Origin: Macrostomum lignano
Lineage: Eukaryota
Assembly: GCA_002269645.1 (NCBI GenBank)
Contig: NIVC01005178.1
Coordinates: 1 to 23,559, forward strand
Direction of reading: 5' to 3'
DNA: 23,559 nucleotides
Part shown: in pieces, positions 22,752 through 23,559 of the stretch
How positions within the stretch are numbered: position 1 is the first letter of the stretch
Layout of the letters: every line of letters begins with the position of its first letter
Translations under genes and position numbers: made by a program
The notes under the pieces: generated by a model
What the model saw: the letters and a program-made list of their open reading frames with translations, nothing else
Databases searched by the model: none
Told to the model about the DNA's origin: nothing

Positions 22752-23346
22752 CGGATGCAGTTAGGCACCAGAGCGAAAATGTAACAGGCGGCAAAGGCGG
22801 TCCTGGCTTTGGCGGCTGTCAAGGTGACCCTCGACCGCATCGGCGAAGCGATGGCCACCAAAGTGAGCGCCGTCTTGACCACAATGCAGTAGTTTCTAGC
22901 GAACAGCAGGTAGTTTGTCGAATAGAAAGCCACTAGCAGAGGAATTGGAAAGTACTTTCCGCCCTTTGAAACGCTGAACAGACTGCTGGTTGTAGTAGCA
23001 TTTTTGGTAGTATCTTTGATGCTGAACAACGAACTGGACAGGTTGGTGGTGGCATTATTCTGCAGCAGCTGATCGATGCTGCCATCCAAACAGGCGGCTC
23101 GATTCTCGGCAATGTTCGCCAGCTTCAAGCTTAAACAGGCGCCGCTGCTTAGGCAGACGAGCATCTCCGTGATGACGATGGTTAGGAATCCCGTAACGCT
23201 GTTGGAATCGATTTCAAACGGTGAAACACGAATGCTGAGAATGCGAATGCCAGGCCAGCTAAGAAGGTGAAGGGAGCCACGACGATGTAGGGGTAGTACT
23301 CAATGTCCAGCAGCCGGCAGAAATGCTCCGCCGAGTTCGGAGCCAT
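22752..23346 (-). CDS. Divergent class A orphan GPCR, coding exon 1 (N-terminus to TM4), one apparent 1-bp deletion at about 23190
   Basis: MAPNSAEHFC..YYPYIVVAPFTFLAGLAFAFSAFVF (TM1), then a frame change to FLTIVITEMLVCLS (TM2), long ECL1, ARNYCIVV (TM3), FAACYIFALVP (TM4), donor CG|GTAAG. Adding 1 nt gives 596 nt (phase 2) and a 430-aa protein with exon 2. Confidence 0.82.
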
Positions 23347-23559
23347 CCCGTTCGATTGGGGTTGTTGCTGACCGCGGGAACGACGAGTTGTTGAGGCACC
23401 TGTCAGGTAATGGATTTTGAACACCTTGAGAAGTATGAAAGATCTGATACGAATACTATCCTTACATGTAGGCCTTAGAGAGATAATTTTTCTACAATTG
23501 ATTGAGACTATCGATTGTTTTTGCAGGGAGCACCCGATGTTTCAGCAGCGAGCACCCGA

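Noticed and set aside
23528-23559. Direct repeat GAGCACCCGA at 22-bp spacing
   Set aside because: Only two copies, cut by the window edge; cannot be evaluated.

Overview
Eukaryotic (animal) genomic DNA, repeat-rich, with spliceosomal introns. The GPCR type and repeat landscape suggest a free-living flatworm such as Macrostomum, but that is inference only. Four genes lie on the minus strand. In transcription order: a divergent two-coding-exon class A orphan GPCR (23346-22752, 20561-19865; one frameshift), a three-coding-exon CYP2-clan cytochrome P450 (13664-10405, 546 aa, intact), an intact single-coding-exon class A GPCR (8956-7769) and its paralog broken by three 1-bp indels (1272-95). Between them are three copies of a non-autonomous hAT-like element, each carrying a 21-bp minisatellite of very different length; two have 8-bp nnnTAnnn TSDs. 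There are also two tRNA-head CORE-type SINE copies, a decayed RTE-like LINE 3' fragment, adjacent 35-bp and 37-bp tandem arrays, and long (GA)n and (ATCT)n microsatellites. No CRISPR array, rRNA or genuine tRNA was seen. The long repeat ORFs in the track are best explained as by-products of the repeats. I found no clearly new biological system; the best leads are the minisatellite-carrying hAT element and the motif-divergent receptor cluster.
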